From Eledone cirrhosa (taxonomy: Eukaryota), in contig OZ024740.1 in the NCBI GenBank assembly GCA_964016885.1, positions 281,480,001 to 281,544,000 of the forward strand: DNA of 64,000 nucleotides, written 5' to 3'. The first letter of the stretch is position 1; the number at the start of each line of letters is the position of its first letter. The notes under the pieces are model-generated. The model searched no databases, had not been told where the DNA came from, and saw only the letters and a program-made list of their open reading frames with translations. This document shows positions 62,763 through 64,000 of the stretch, piece by piece. Made by a program: the position numbers and the translations under genes.

Positions 62763-63605
62763 GTGAGTTTTATATCGAATAATAATAATATTCGATTCAT
62801 TTGCAAGCAAACGGCCTCAATACGGTATATTTTCTAGATGACCAACGTCATCATTTTGTTTTAGTGGTGGCAAGACAGACAATCAACAACGTCGTTTCAT
62901 TGTCAAGATTGTGTGTCAATCAATAAGAGTCTTAAAAATATATAATCTTTTCTAAAGTTTCGATGTTATTTACAATTGTATAAATAACTTTACAAACGGG
63001 AAGGTGTAAAGAGAGGCAGATCTGGCTGTATAGGAAAGTAGACGAAAGGATCATAAAAGCCATAAATAAGAGGAAAGTGGGGGAAAAGGCTAGGACTCTG
63101 GGACCACAGAAGAAGAGGAGAGGACCTAGGACACGGCGGTGTTGGGGTTGCGCCCAGCGGGAAAAACTGCAAAAGCATTTCCTGCGACACCCGCTGCAAC
63201 AGCCACCCAATATCGTGGGGGTTCTTCCTCAGACGCTCTAAGGCCTCGACGGTGACCGGTGCCTGTTTGAGCTCTGGTGGGCACGTCAGGTTCGGACGTC
63301 TTTAAAGTAGACATCGGTTGTTAGAGCGTAAAACCAAATTCTAATTTTCTTGTTAATTTTCGTCAAAGCCAGCCGTAAAATCTTTCGGTATGCAAATAAG
63401 ACTAATCAATCAATGTATACTTTTGAAAATATTATATATTCTCAAGGGTTCTAGTGAGTGACAGAAACAGATACACAATCTTGACTGTTTCTCTATGTCA
63501 CCGCTAGATCAAAAGGATGACGATGGTCATCTAATAAACATAGCGAAATGAGGTTGTTTGCTTGCAAATAAATCGAATATTATTATTATTCGATATAAAA
63601 CTCAC
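62763..63605. mobile_element. MITE-like element with ~125-bp imperfect terminal inverted repeats
   Basis: gtgagttttatatcgaataataataatattcgattcatttgcaagcaaac (62763-62810) mirrors 63556-63605, continuing imperfectly to ~62886/63481; no ORF and no TSD identified. Confidence 0.6.
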
Positions 63606-63840
63606 CCCCACCCCCTCCCCCACATATAACTATAATGTTTTTTATATTTATTTATGTAATAAACAATAGAATATAATTATTCCATTACCCAAGGTTTAAC
63701 GAAGTTAGATGATTCTAACGGAAACGTTTGATATATAATTATATTGTGTGGTTTATTACATAATTAAATAGATCTGTAATATACATAGAGCACTCTTCTT
63801 TCCTTTATCTTTTCCATGGAAATACTTAACACATAAACAC

Positions 63841-63964
63841 CCTGAGTTCAAATCCCACCGAGGTTAACTATGCCTTTCATCCTTACCTGGTCGATAAAAT
63901 AAAGTACCAGTAATGCTCTGGGATAATTGCTTGCCTTTTGCCAAAAGTAGAAACAATTATTATT
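63841..63964 (+). mobile_element. 5'-truncated tRNA-derived SINE
   Basis: ctgagttcaaatcccaccgagg...aaaagtagaaacaattattatt. Confidence 0.88.
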
Positions 63965-64000
63965 CGTTGTCATGCAGGAAATGTATATATACGAGGTGTA

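Overview
AT-rich, microsatellite-rich eukaryotic DNA made almost entirely of retroelements. No host gene, rRNA, true tRNA or CRISPR array is supportable. The tRNA-headed SINE resembles octopus SINEs as I recall them, so an octopod source is an inference. Contents: (i) R4/Dong-type RLE LINEs in (TAA)n, one with an intact 1130-aa ORF; (ii) three decayed Tx1/L1-clade LINEs tailed into (ATT)n; (iii) at least six Penelope-like elements (PLEs) or PLE ends in (TA)n, one Neptune-like and several with the CxCx5C linker I associate with the Hydra clade, most folded into inverted repeats and carrying hammerhead ribozyme (HHR) motifs; (iv) about nine copies of a tRNA-derived SINE. The main structural feature is a nested giant palindrome, with 1-5995 mirrored in 12931-25324, whose arms differ by SNPs and arm-specific insertions. 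Other highlights are a variant-core HHR (UUGAAAA), a 214-bp HHR-bearing fold-back mini-element, a 3' tail shared by the SINE and the Tx1 LINE, and strand-specific use of one microsatellite by different retroelement families. All alignments and RNA folds were done by eye, so boundaries are approximate.
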